The notes: a model not told the origin generated them from the letters alone. 64,000 bases of DNA from an uncultured Dehalococcoidia bacterium (GCA_964513735.1 CAZENU010000002.1:24173-88172), one strand, 5' to 3'; counted from the first letter of the stretch, positions 8,765 through 17,670 are shown. Program-made: numbers and translations.

Positions 8765-11548
8765 TCACTCCCCTCCCGCCAGGTCGGCCAGGCGCTTCAG
8801 GGCCTCCTCCAGATTGGAGAGCTCTCGCTTGATTCCGTCGATGGCCTCCGACAGCGCCTTCATTTCCTGCTGCAGGCCGCCCTCTGGAACCGTCGACGCG
8901 GGCGGCTGCTGAGGGTCACCCGGAGTCTCCACGGGGCTCGTGAACCCGGTAAGCGCCGCCAATGCCTCGGGGACGGAGCCTTCCATCACTACGCGGTTGC
9001 CGGTCGCGAGGATGACCTGCTTGAGCTCCGGGAAGTCGATCCCCTCGGCCTGCAGGTAGACCGGCTCGGCATAGAGCAGTCCGAACTGGTCACCGGACGC
9101 TAACGGAATGACCAGCAAGTTGCCCCGGATGCAGAAGGAGCCCTCCTGGCAACGAAGCGTGAACCACTCGGAGATGTCCGGGTCATTGTCGATCTTGGCC
9201 TCGATCTGCTGCGGGCTGTCGACCTGGCGCTCTTTGGGGAATGTGAAGGCGACCAGCTCGCCATAGCTCTCGCCGTCGTTACGGGCTGCCAGCCAGCCGG
9301 CGAGAATGGGAGGGTCGTTCCTGGTATACGGGATCAGCAGGACGAACTCCTCCTTCTCCTCGCCCGGGATCTTCATGATCACGTAGTAGGGCTCCACGAG
9401 CTGCAGGTCCCCGCTCTGGCCGAACTTTTCGCTGGGTATGTCCCAGAGGTCCTCCTGGTTGTAGAAGTCCCGGGGCTCGAGCATGTGGTACCTGAGGTAC
9501 TTGGCCGCCTGGAAGCCAAACAGGTCTTGCGGATAGCGAATGTGGTCGCGCAGGCCCTGTGGCATCTCGTTCATGTCGCGGAACAGCTTCGGGAAGATCT
9601 CGCGATAGGTCCTCAGGATCGGGTCGTCGGGGTCGACTATGTAGAAGTCGAGGGAGCCGTTATAGGCGTTGACCACGACCTTGACGCTGTTGCGAATATA
9701 GTTGAAGCCTCTAGGATGCGGCTCCGAGTACGGGTAACGGTCGGATACGGTATAAGCATCCTGAATCCAGAAGAGCTGTCCACCGGCGGTGACGACATAG
9801 GGGTCGTGGTCCAGCACCAAGAACGGCGCGACTGTGGAGATGCGGTCCTGGACTTCCCTCCGGTACTGAATCCTGCTATCGCTCGTCACCTCGCCCGTGA
9901 TCAGGACGTTGATGTCCGCGAACTGCCAGGCGTAGGCGAGACGGCGGATATACGAGCTCAGGCCAACGCCGCCCTCGCCGTCGTAGTTATTGCTCTTGAG
10001 TTCGCCGCCTTCCGCCTGGTAGTCAAGCTCGTCGGTCTTCGTATTAACGATTACGTAGCTGGTCGTCTTCTCCCCGTAGTAGATGCGGGGGTTCGTAATC
10101 AGGATGTCGGGCTCGTCGACCGGCGTCGTCGGCTGCACCCTGATGACGCCATCGTTGGGAATGTCCTTGGCGAAGAACTCCGGACGTCCCTCGGGAGTGA
10201 ACTCCGTGACCGGGCTCATCGCCACACCGAAGCCGTGGGTGAAGCGCAGCTTCGTGTTGACCCAGGTCTGCGCGGCGGCGTCCAGCTTCTCGTGCGCCAC
10301 CTCCCGGGCAGCCAGCATCACCTGGCGGTAGGTGCCGCCAACCGTATAGCGGTCTACGTCTGAGTCGTTGAAGTCGTAGTACGGCCGGATGAGTTGGATC
10401 TGCCGGTAGACGTCGGACAGCGGCCCGTGGTCCCAGAGCCGAATGTTGTCGGCCGTTAGGAGGTTGTCGGCGATCAGCTCCGCTGACAACCCGGGGTTCA
10501 CCGGGTAGGGCCGCGTACTCACCTGGGCCAGATCGAAGCCCCGGCGCGTGAAGTCGATGTTCCTCGCGATGAACTCGCCCTCTTTCACGAGCTCGTTGGG
10601 GTTGACGGTGAATCGTTGCATCGTCCTGGGCCAGGCGACCTGCAGGAGCACCAGCATCACCACCCACAGTACGACGCCGGCCACCGCGAGCCGGACCCCG
10701 CGCATGTAGGCGTTCACCAGCATCAGTATGCTGCTGGCCGCCGCAACGACGGTCAAGATGAGCAGCGCCGGCTTGCGTGCGTTGATGTCGGTGAAGGCGG
10801 CGCCGAACACCGCGCCGTTTTCAGAGAACAAGAGGGCCCAGCGGTCCAACCAGTGACCCGCGGCCAGAATCAGGAAAAGCGCGCCCACGATGATCGATAT
10901 GTGGACCTTCAGCCCCCGGCTGATGTCGAAGCCGACGCCCCTGAAGCTGAACCGGACGAAGTAGACGCCCAGGGTCGCGATCAGAATGACGATCACACCC
11001 TTTAGCAGCCAGCCCTGGATGAAACCGTAGACAGGAAGGCTGAAGACGTAGAAGGACACGTCTCTGTTGAAGACCGGTTCCGTCTCGCCGAAAGAGACGG
11101 CGCTCCAGAACCTGAGGAACAGCTCCCACTCGGCGGCGGCTATTATGCCGAACACGACGCTGAGGATGGCAGTTGCGGCTATGGTGCCCCAGAAGATCGC
11201 GCGCCGCAGAAAGTTCGCAGCCGCCGGTGGTAGGGAAGGCGCCTCCGTGCCTCTGGACACCCGGAAGGCGAAATAGAGGCTGCCCCCGGCAAATACCGCG
11301 AAGGCGATGGCCCATGCCAGGAACAGGGCGGCCTTGGTGACCAGGACTTTGACGTAGACGCCGCGGAAGCCCAGCTCGCCGAACCAGAGCCAGTCCGTGT
11401 AGGTCCCTCGCAGGAAGTTGAGCAGGACGAAGAGCACGGCAAGGCCGGCGATGACCACCAGCCATTTCCATTTGTCGCGGACCTGGGCCGGGATCGACCC
11501 GCCCAGATCGAGAGAGAAGTCCGACTGCTCCTGAAAGTACGATGCCAT
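8765..11548 (-). CDS. UPF0182-family large integral membrane protein
   Basis: 927 aa. The N-terminal third is multi-TM (WLWFGELGFRGVYVKVLVTKAALFL...) and is followed by a large soluble domain. It starts 8 nt after the argB stop and ends 1 nt before the argD start. Confidence 0.8.
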   Translation of the reverse strand: MASYFQEQSDFSLDLGGSIPAQVRDKWKWLVVIAGLAVLFVLLNFLRGTYTDWLWFGELGFRGVYVKVLVTKAALFLAWAIAFAVFAGGSLYFAFRVSRGTEAPSLPPAAANFLRRAIFWGTIAATAILSVVFGIIAAAEWELFLRFWSAVSFGETEPVFNRDVSFYVFSLPVYGFIQGWLLKGVIVILIATLGVYFVRFSFRGVGFDISRGLKVHISIIVGALFLILAAGHWLDRWALLFSENGAVFGAAFTDINARKPALLILTVVAAASSILMLVNAYMRGVRLAVAGVVLWVVMLVLLQVAWPRTMQRFTVNPNELVKEGEFIARNIDFTRRGFDLAQVSTRPYPVNPGLSAELIADNLLTADNIRLWDHGPLSDVYRQIQLIRPYYDFNDSDVDRYTVGGTYRQVMLAAREVAHEKLDAAAQTWVNTKLRFTHGFGVAMSPVTEFTPEGRPEFFAKDIPNDGVIRVQPTTPVDEPDILITNPRIYYGEKTTSYVIVNTKTDELDYQAEGGELKSNNYDGEGGVGLSSYIRRLAYAWQFADINVLITGEVTSDSRIQYRREVQDRISTVAPFLVLDHDPYVVTAGGQLFWIQDAYTVSDRYPYSEPHPRGFNYIRNSVKVVVNAYNGSLDFYIVDPDDPILRTYREIFPKLFRDMNEMPQGLRDHIRYPQDLFGFQAAKYLRYHMLEPRDFYNQEDLWDIPSEKFGQSGDLQLVEPYYVIMKIPGEEKEEFVLLIPYTRNDPPILAGWLAARNDGESYGELVAFTFPKERQVDSPQQIEAKIDNDPDISEWFTLRCQEGSFCIRGNLLVIPLASGDQFGLLYAEPVYLQAEGIDFPELKQVILATGNRVVMEGSVPEALAALTGFTSPVETPGDPQQPPASTVPEGGLQQEMKALSEAIDGIKRELSNLEEALKRLADLAGGE

Positions 11549-11556
11549 CGATTCCC

Positions 11557-12357
11557 CTATCCGACCCGTGTACCGAGCTCGGCCCCGCTCAGGATGTCCC
11601 TGAGAGCGTGGGGTTTCCGCCCGTCTATTATGTGCGTTGAATCGACTTCTTTGAGGGCCCGGAGGCAGGCGCCGATCTTGGGCACCATGCCCCCCGCGAC
11701 CACCCTGGAGCTCATCAGGCCGCTCGCCTGCCGCTGCGTCAGCCTCGGGATCACCCGGCGGGAAGAGTCCATGACACCGTCAACGTCGGTCAGGAAGACG
11801 AGGCGTTCGGCGCCGAGGGCCAGCGCGATCTCTCCGGCAGCGGTGTCAGCGTTCACATTGAGCAGCGAGCCCCCGTGCGCTGTAGCCTCGGGGCTCCGCA
11901 CTGCCACGGGAGCAATGATCGGCATGAAGCCGGCGTCAATCACTATCCGAGCAGGCTCCGGATCAACCGCGACGACATTGCCGACCAGGCCCAAATCAGG
12001 GTCCAATTCATTCGCCCGCAGCATACCACCATCGACTCCCGACAGTCCAACGGCGCGCCCCTTCAGCGCCAGTATGGACGCCACCAGGGACTTGTTGACG
12101 ACGCCGGACAGGACGGCCACCACGATCTCCATGCTGGGAGCGTCTGTCACGCGCAGCCCGTGAACGAACCTGGGGCGGACCCCCTGCCGCTCCATCCACT
12201 CGCTGATCGCCTTGCCGCCCCCGTGCACCACGACCGGCTGGATGCCACGGCCCTGTAGCGCGACCAGGTCCTCCAGCGTCGTGTCGTGCCTTCCGAGAGT
12301 GCTCCCACCGATCTTTACGATGATCGTCCCAACGGCATCGGGCCCCTTACCCGCCAT
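11557..12357 (-). CDS. argB: acetylglutamate kinase
   Basis: Motifs IIVKIGGSTLG and VVVHGGG are present. The ATG at 12357 removes a low-complexity 32-aa extension. The alternative start is the ORF maximum at 12453. Confidence 0.9.
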   Translation of the reverse strand: MAGKGPDAVGTIIVKIGGSTLGRHDTTLEDLVALQGRGIQPVVVHGGGKAISEWMERQGVRPRFVHGLRVTDAPSMEIVVAVLSGVVNKSLVASILALKGRAVGLSGVDGGMLRANELDPDLGLVGNVVAVDPEPARIVIDAGFMPIIAPVAVRSPEATAHGGSLLNVNADTAAGEIALALGAERLVFLTDVDGVMDSSRRVIPRLTQRQASGLMSSRVVAGGMVPKIGACLRALKEVDSTHIIDGRKPHALRDILSGAELGTRVG

Positions 12358-12534
12358 AGCATCGGTCCCGCCGCCGGACGGGTCAGGCTCTTGATCGAGC
12401 CCGCCACGCCCTCCGGCTGTCAAACCGTCCGTATGACGACCTCCTGCTTCCATGGCTATCTATAAACGGGAGTCCGTTGCCTTGAGAGGGAAACGACTGG
12501 ACACCGCACACACGAGGGGACGGGTGCGTGGCGG

Positions 12535-13752
12535 CTAGGTGCTGTATGCGGAATTGAAGGTGACGTAATCTTCGGTGAGGTCGCTCCCCCAGGCGGTCGC
12601 GCTGGCGTCTCCGTGGTTGAGGCTGACGCCCAACCGGACCTCGGCGTCGCCCATCGCGCTGATGACCGCGTCCTTGAGGTACGGAATGGCGACGCCCTCA
12701 TGGACCATCTGGATGCCGGCGATGAACAGGTCGACCTTCGACTCCTCAAAGTCCGCCCCGCTCCGTCCCACCGCCATCATGATCCGGCCCCAATTCGGGT
12801 CCCTGCCGTGGACCATGGCCTTGACCAGTAACGAGCTCGCGACGGTCCGCGCGGCCATTCTGGCCTCGCCGGACGTGGCGGCGCCGTCGACGACCACCTC
12901 GATCAACGTCCTGGCCCCCTCACCGTCCCTGGCAAGCTCCTTGGCCAGCGCGGTGCAGACGTAGGTGAGCGCCTCGCGGAACGCGCCGGCCGACGCCGAG
13001 CCGTCCCGTATCTGCTCGCCCCTTGCCATTCCGTTGGCCAGCACCAGTACCGTGTCGTTAGTGCTGGTGTCGCCGTCCACGTCTATCATGTTGAACGAAG
13101 CGTCGACGGCGTCGCTCAGGGCCCGCTGCAGGAAGCCCCACGCGACGTCCGCGTCGGTGGAGACGAATGCCAGCATCGTGGCCATGTCGGGGTGTACCAT
13201 CCCCACCCCTTTCGCGGCGCCGCCCACTGTGATACGCGTGCCCGCCGCGTCGATCGAAACGGCGATCTCCTTGGATCGCGTGTCTGTCGTCATGATGGAC
13301 CGGGCGAAATCGGTGCCGCCCTGGTCGGAGAGTTCCACGTTGCCGATGTTCTGCCTGATCAGGGCCATCGGCAGCTCGACCCCGATGAGTCCCGTGCTGC
13401 ACACGAGCATCTCATCCACGTCGACGCCGGCATGGCCCGCCGCCAGCGCCGCCATCTCCTCGGCGTCTTTGAGCCCCTGCTCACCGACGGCGCAGTTGGC
13501 GCAGCCGCTGTTGGCCACGACGCCCCGGGCGTGCCCGCCCGCCACGCGCTGCCGTGACAGCACCACGGAGGGCGATACGACCTTGTTCCTGGTGAAGGTA
13601 CCTGCCACCGCGGCGGGGGCCTCGGACAGCAGGACGCCCAGATCCAGCGCCTCGGCGGTGTCGGACTTGATCCCGGCGCAGGTACCCCCTGCCACAAACC
13701 CTTTAGGCGAGGTCACGCCGCCGGCCTGAACCAGCTCTATCATCGCAGCCAT
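12535..13752 (-). CDS. argJ: bifunctional glutamate N-acetyltransferase / amino-acid acetyltransferase
   Basis: The ATMLAFVSTDA self-cleavage region is present. The ATG at 13752 (MAAMIELVQAGGVTSPKGF) gives 405 aa. The upstream 87 ORF residues are junk. Confidence 0.9.
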   Translation of the reverse strand: MAAMIELVQAGGVTSPKGFVAGGTCAGIKSDTAEALDLGVLLSEAPAAVAGTFTRNKVVSPSVVLSRQRVAGGHARGVVANSGCANCAVGEQGLKDAEEMAALAAGHAGVDVDEMLVCSTGLIGVELPMALIRQNIGNVELSDQGGTDFARSIMTTDTRSKEIAVSIDAAGTRITVGGAAKGVGMVHPDMATMLAFVSTDADVAWGFLQRALSDAVDASFNMIDVDGDTSTNDTVLVLANGMARGEQIRDGSASAGAFREALTYVCTALAKELARDGEGARTLIEVVVDGAATSGEARMAARTVASSLLVKAMVHGRDPNWGRIMMAVGRSGADFEESKVDLFIAGIQMVHEGVAIPYLKDAVISAMGDAEVRLGVSLNHGDASATAWGSDLTEDYVTFNSAYST

Positions 13753-13909
13753 GTGGTCATCCCTCGGGGCCGCCGTCAATAAGTACGTTCGCCGCCTTGC
13801 CACTGTGGGAGACGCGCCTGTGAAGAGCCTGAGAAGTATAGCATAGCGCCATTCGGGCCTTGAAGCTGAAGTCCTGGCCCGCTGCACCTGCGCCAGGCAG
13901 TGCAATTTC

Positions 13910-13938
13910 TTGAAGCCACGACGAGGCAGCGTTAGAAT
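13910..13938 (+). promoter_or_regulatory. candidate sigma70-type promoter (TTGAAG-17-TAGAAT) for archease-rtcB
   Basis: ttgaag at 13910-13915, a 17-nt spacer, then tagaat at 13933-13938. It sits about 190 nt upstream of the archease ATG. Confidence 0.35.
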
Positions 13939-14061
13939 CGGCGTATACGTAGACTCCGGGGCGCCGAGAAGTCGAGAGCAGTGGGGGCAACACCGGCGCG
14001 GTCGAGATCGCAATCTACGGCCAACCGGCCCCCTGACCCAACCGCGAGGCCGCCTCTGTCT

Positions 14062-14086
14062 CCGTTCGTCCTGAGCCTGTCGACGG
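14062..14086 (+). repeat. dispersed repeat family 1 copy (core CCGTTCGYCCTGAGCCYGTCGA)
   Basis: Reads ccgttcgtcctgagcctgtcgacgg. Near-identical cores occur at 26128, 28066 and, in reverse, at 52955. Confidence 0.7.
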
Positions 14087-14129
14087 ACCGAATACCCCTA
14101 CGCCGGCCAGGAAGCCAGACGGGAACGAC

Positions 14130-14549
14130 ATGGGCAGCTTCGAGCTTATCGAGCACACCGCGGACCTGGGCGTAGTCGGCCGAGGCGACACACTGACCGA
14201 GGCGCTGGAGTGGGTGGCCACCGGGATGCTCGGCTTCATGGCCGACCTGGACCAGGTCCGCGAGCGCGAGACTATCTCCTTGTCCATCGCCGCCTCGGAC
14301 CGGGAGGCGCTGGCGGTGGACTGGCTGAACGAGCTGCTGTACCGCTTTGAGGCCGACGGCTTCCTGCCTAAACGGCTCGAGGTCACGGTGAACGACGTCG
14401 GCACGGCGCTGGACGCGACTTGCGTGGGCGAGGTGGTCACCGCGAGGCCCATGGACGTCCGCGCAGCAGTCAAGGCGGCTACCTACCACTCAGTGGAGGT
14501 TGTCCAGGACGGCGGCGGGTGGCGGATCCGGGTCTATCTGGACATCTGA
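14130..14549 (+). CDS. archease (RtcB activator)
   Basis: 139 aa. The N-terminus MGSFELIEHTADLGVVGRG matches the archease hallmark (EHTAD). Confidence 0.9.
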   Translation: MGSFELIEHTADLGVVGRGDTLTEALEWVATGMLGFMADLDQVRERETISLSIAASDREALAVDWLNELLYRFEADGFLPKRLEVTVNDVGTALDATCVGEVVTARPMDVRAAVKAATYHSVEVVQDGGGWRIRVYLDI

Positions 14550-14590
14550 CGGGCGCTCGCCGGCCTAAGGGGAGTGTGGTTGGATATGCC

Positions 14591-14637
14591 GTGTCCCGAG
14601 CTCGCCGAAGACTGTCCCGAGCCTGTCCAGGGTGGGC
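14591..14637 (+). repeat. dispersed repeat family 1, degenerate double copy
   Basis: gtcccgagctcgccgaag followed by gtcccgagcctgtccaggg. The second unit matches copy 14067-14085 at 16 of 19 positions. Confidence 0.5.
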
Positions 14638-14662
14638 TTTCAACTAACTACCCGCCGCACTG

Positions 14663-14693
14663 CGTTGGTAGGGGCTGGTATGAAACCAGCCCC
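14663..14693 (+). repeat. dispersed repeat family 2 copy (palindromic GGGGCNGGT-loop-ACCNGCCCC)
   Basis: Reads cgttggtaggggctggtatgaaaccagcccc. It shares cgttggtaggggc with copy 25981 and the hairpin core with copy 33346. Confidence 0.65.
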
Positions 14694-14708
14694 TGGCAGG
14701 TCAATGAC

Positions 14709-14790
14709 GTATGGGGTGTGCATAGAGGCTTGGCCCCTCTGCCGGGAGCCTGAGGGTGTCCCTCAGACATGATTTCTTCTCCCTCCCTGG
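14709..14790 (+). repeat. dispersed repeat family 3 copy (about 82 nt, contains the palindrome TGAGGGTGTCCCTCA)
   Basis: The modules tatggggtgtgca.agagg ... tgagggtgtccctca ... ttcttctccctccctgg recur at 17587-17670. Confidence 0.7.
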
Positions 14791-14821
14791 CGGGGAAGCG
14801 TGTCAGGAAGGAAGAAGGCAG

Positions 14822-16276
14822 ATGGACTACAAGACGGTGCTCAAGAGGCTGGACGGGGACCGGTGGGAGCTGCCGGCGGACTACAAGGACGGCATGCGGG
14901 TCCCTGGGACTGTGTTCGCCGACGACAAGCTGCTGGAGCTCATCCGGGAGGACCAGTGCATCGAGCAGGTGGCCAATGTGGCGTTCCTGCCCGGCATCGT
15001 GGGGCGGTCGATGGCAATGCCCGACGTCCACTGGGGCTACGGGTTTCCCATCGGCGGCGTCGCCGCCACGCGCGTCGAGGACGGCGTGGTGTCGCCGGGG
15101 GGCGTCGGCTTCGATATCAACTGTGGCATCCGGCTGCTGCGCAGCGACCTGACCGAAGCCGACGTAAGGCCACGCATCGATGACCTCGTCTCGGCCTTGT
15201 TCCGGGACATCCATACGGGAACGGGCGGCGGCAACCGCGTGAAGCTCGACGCGCGCGCGGTCGACACCGTGCTCGAGAAGGGCGCCCTGTGGGCCGTCGA
15301 GCAGGGCATGGGCGACCCGGACGACCTCGAGGTAACCGAGGAGGGCGGCCGCATGGCCCAGGCCAACCCGGACGCGGTAGGCCAGCGGCCCAGGAGCCGC
15401 GGCAGCTCGCAACTCGGCACCCTGGGCTCGGGTAACCACTTCGTGGAGGTGCAGGAGGTCGACGAGGTGCTGGACGGGCAGGCCGCCGCGGCCATGGGAC
15501 TGCACGAACCGGGGCAGGTCACCGTCATGATCCACACCGGGTCCAGGGGCCTGGGGCACCAGGTGTGCACCGATTCGCTCAAGACGGTCGTCGACGACGC
15601 CCGTGGCTACGGCATCTCGCTGCCGGACCGCCAGCTTGCCGCCGTGCCGGTTTCGTCTCCTGAGGGCCAGGAGTACCTGGGCGCGATGTGCGCCGCCGCC
15701 AACTTCGCCTGGGCCAACCGCCAGACCATCGCCCACTTCGCCAGGCAGTCCTTCGAGCAGACCTTCGGCCGGTCTTGGGGCGAGCTGGGCCTGCGGCAGG
15801 TATACGACCTTAGCCACAACATGGCCAAGATCGAGACCCATGACGTAGACGGCAAGGCGGCCCGACTGTGCGTCCACCGAAAGGGCGCGACGCGGTCGTT
15901 TCCGCCTGGGCATCCGGACGTCCCCATGCGCTATCGGAAGATCGGCCAGCCGGTGCTTATCCCGGGCGACATGGGCCGCAGCTCGTACGTCGCGGTTGGC
16001 GTTCCGGAGGCGATGGGCATATCCTTAGGCTCCTGCTGTCACGGCGCCGGCAGGGTCCAGAGTCGCACCAGAGTCAAGAAAATGCTGAAGGGCCGCGACA
16101 TCGGCGTCGAGCTGGCAGAGCAGGGGATCTTGGCCAAGGGCCACGGCTGGGCATCGCTGGCGGAAGAGGCGTCCGAGGCCTACAAAGACGTCTCCAACGT
16201 GGTGCGCGTGTCCGAGGAGGCCGGTCTGTGCAAAGTGGTCGTCCGGCTCCGCCCACTGGGCGTCATCAAGGGATAG
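14822..16276 (+). CDS. rtcB: RNA-splicing ligase RtcB
   Basis: 484 aa from the ATG at 14822, with a GGAAGGAAGAAGG Shine-Dalgarno upstream. Motifs: MPDVHWGYGFPIGGV, GVGFDINCG, GSGNHF, GSRGLGHQV, CHGAGR. Confidence 0.95.
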   Translation: MDYKTVLKRLDGDRWELPADYKDGMRVPGTVFADDKLLELIREDQCIEQVANVAFLPGIVGRSMAMPDVHWGYGFPIGGVAATRVEDGVVSPGGVGFDINCGIRLLRSDLTEADVRPRIDDLVSALFRDIHTGTGGGNRVKLDARAVDTVLEKGALWAVEQGMGDPDDLEVTEEGGRMAQANPDAVGQRPRSRGSSQLGTLGSGNHFVEVQEVDEVLDGQAAAAMGLHEPGQVTVMIHTGSRGLGHQVCTDSLKTVVDDARGYGISLPDRQLAAVPVSSPEGQEYLGAMCAAANFAWANRQTIAHFARQSFEQTFGRSWGELGLRQVYDLSHNMAKIETHDVDGKAARLCVHRKGATRSFPPGHPDVPMRYRKIGQPVLIPGDMGRSSYVAVGVPEAMGISLGSCCHGAGRVQSRTRVKKMLKGRDIGVELAEQGILAKGHGWASLAEEASEAYKDVSNVVRVSEEAGLCKVVVRLRPLGVIKG

Positions 16277-16280
16277 TGAT

Positions 16281-17399
16281 TTGAACGTCACCTCGGTCGA
16301 TGCGACTACCTGCGTGGTGCCGCTGGACGGCGGCATCGCCATCGCAACCCGGACGCTGACCGAGCGCCATTACACGCTGGTCCGTGTGCGGACCGACACC
16401 GGCGCGGAGGGCATCGGGTTCTGCTACGGCGGCAACCGGGGCGGGGCCCTGGCCACGCTGGCGGTACGGGACCTACTGCGGGACTCGGTGGTCGGGCGCG
16501 ACCCGCACCAGGTCGAGGCGATCTGGGACTCGATGTTCCGCGAGGCCCTGCTCCAGGGACGGCGCGGGGCCGTGCTGCGGGCCATCAGCGCCGTGGACCA
16601 GGCGCTGTGGGACGCCGTGTCCCGGGAGGCAGGGCTGCCGCTCTACCGGTACCTGGGCGGCCACTGCGAGGACATGGTCCCCGCGTATGCCAGCGGCGGG
16701 TACTACGCCGAGGGCAAGACGCCCGACGACTTGGCCGACGAGATGCGCGGCTACCTCGACATGGGCTTCGGCGCGGTCAAGATCAAGGTCGGCGGCCTGT
16801 CCACGAGAGAGGACGCGGCCAGGGTCGCGGCGGCGAGAGAGGCCGTCGGCCCCGACGTCCCGCTCTTCCTGGACGCCAACAACGCGTGGCCCGACGCCGG
16901 CACCGCTCTCCGGGTCGTGCGCGAGTTCGAGAAGTCGGATCCGGGCTGGATCGAGGAGCCGCTGATGCCCGACGACGTCCAGGGCCACGCGGAGATCGCT
17001 GCCGCGGTCGCCACGCCGGTTGCCACCGGCGAGATCCACGCCACCCGCTGGGAGTTCGCCAATCTAATCGAGCGACGCTCGGCCTCCATCCTCCAGCCCG
17101 ACGCCGGGGTCTGCGGAGGCATCACCGAGTGGCGCAAGATCGCCGCGCTGGCGGCGGCCCACGACATCGCCGTCGCCCCCCACTGGCTCGCCGACCTGCA
17201 CGTCCACATGGTGGCCTCGACGCCCAACGCGGTCTGGGTGGAGTACTTTCCCGACTTCAGCGTGCTCAACCTGGGCATGCTGTTCTCGACCGCCCTGGAG
17301 GTCAGGCCGGGCGGCCTGGCGCTGCCCCAGGGCCCCGGCCTGGGCATCGACCTGGACGAAGCGGCCGTGTCGCGGTACTCTGTGGACGGCTGGCAGTAG
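16281..17399 (+). CDS. enolase-superfamily enzyme (mandelate racemase / muconate lactonizing family)
   Basis: 372 aa with a TTG start 4 nt after the rtcB stop. The metal-ligand pattern is LFLDANNAW, WIEEP, ILQPD. Confidence 0.85.
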   Translation: MNVTSVDATTCVVPLDGGIAIATRTLTERHYTLVRVRTDTGAEGIGFCYGGNRGGALATLAVRDLLRDSVVGRDPHQVEAIWDSMFREALLQGRRGAVLRAISAVDQALWDAVSREAGLPLYRYLGGHCEDMVPAYASGGYYAEGKTPDDLADEMRGYLDMGFGAVKIKVGGLSTREDAARVAAAREAVGPDVPLFLDANNAWPDAGTALRVVREFEKSDPGWIEEPLMPDDVQGHAEIAAAVATPVATGEIHATRWEFANLIERRSASILQPDAGVCGGITEWRKIAALAAAHDIAVAPHWLADLHVHMVASTPNAVWVEYFPDFSVLNLGMLFSTALEVRPGGLALPQGPGLGIDLDEAAVSRYSVDGWQ

Positions 17400-17424
17400 C
17401 CGACGCCCTTCTCCCGCGTTTGCG

Positions 17425-17467
17425 CCCCCCGAGTAGCCCCGATGGGGCATCGGGGCTACTCGGGGGG
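17425..17467 (+). terminator. long perfect GC-rich hairpin (19-20 bp stem) downstream of the enolase gene
   Basis: ccccccgagtagccccgat-gggg/c-atcggggctactcgggggg. No U-tract follows. Confidence 0.4.
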
Positions 17468-17586
17468 AATCTACTTCCAGGGTTCGAAGTCCGGGAAGAC
17501 CTCGAGGACGGCATGGCTTCAGCCCGTGCGCAGCGACAGGCGGGCAGCAGGCCACGGGAGGGGACCGCACTGGCAGGCTGCGGGAT

Positions 17587-17670
17587 TATGGGGCGTGCAG
17601 AGGGGCATAGCACCTAAGCCAAGAGTCTGAGGGTGTCCCTCAAATACAATTCCTTTCCCTTTCCTACTGG
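17587..17670 (+). repeat. dispersed repeat family 3 copy
   Basis: ttatggggcgtgcagagggg ... tgagggtgtccctca (17628-17642) ... ttcctttccctttcctactgg, collinear with 14709-14790. Confidence 0.7.

Noticed and set aside
13753-14129. An ArgR/ARG-box operator or regulatory RNA in the divergent argJ / archease intergenic region.
   Set aside because: I found only generic promoter-like hexamers and one family-1 repeat copy. No convincing palindromic ARG-box pair was identified by eye.
14648-15913. A 421-aa ORF antisense to rtcB. Similar long antisense or shifted-frame ORFs also occur (e.g. 26632-27639, 29901-30683, 32502-33419, 33995-34816, 38733-39698, 48208-49167, 51883-52902, 41981-43042).
   Set aside because: They overlap confidently identified genes on the opposite strand or in another frame. 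Their products are Arg/Pro/Gly/His-rich low-complexity sequence typical of shadow ORFs in high-GC DNA, and no motifs were recognised.
17470-17500. A tRNA-like T-loop sequence GGTTCGAAGTCC.
   Set aside because: The flanking sequence cannot form a 5-bp T stem with a 7-nt loop, and no acceptor, D or anticodon arms could be drawn. It is probably coincidental.
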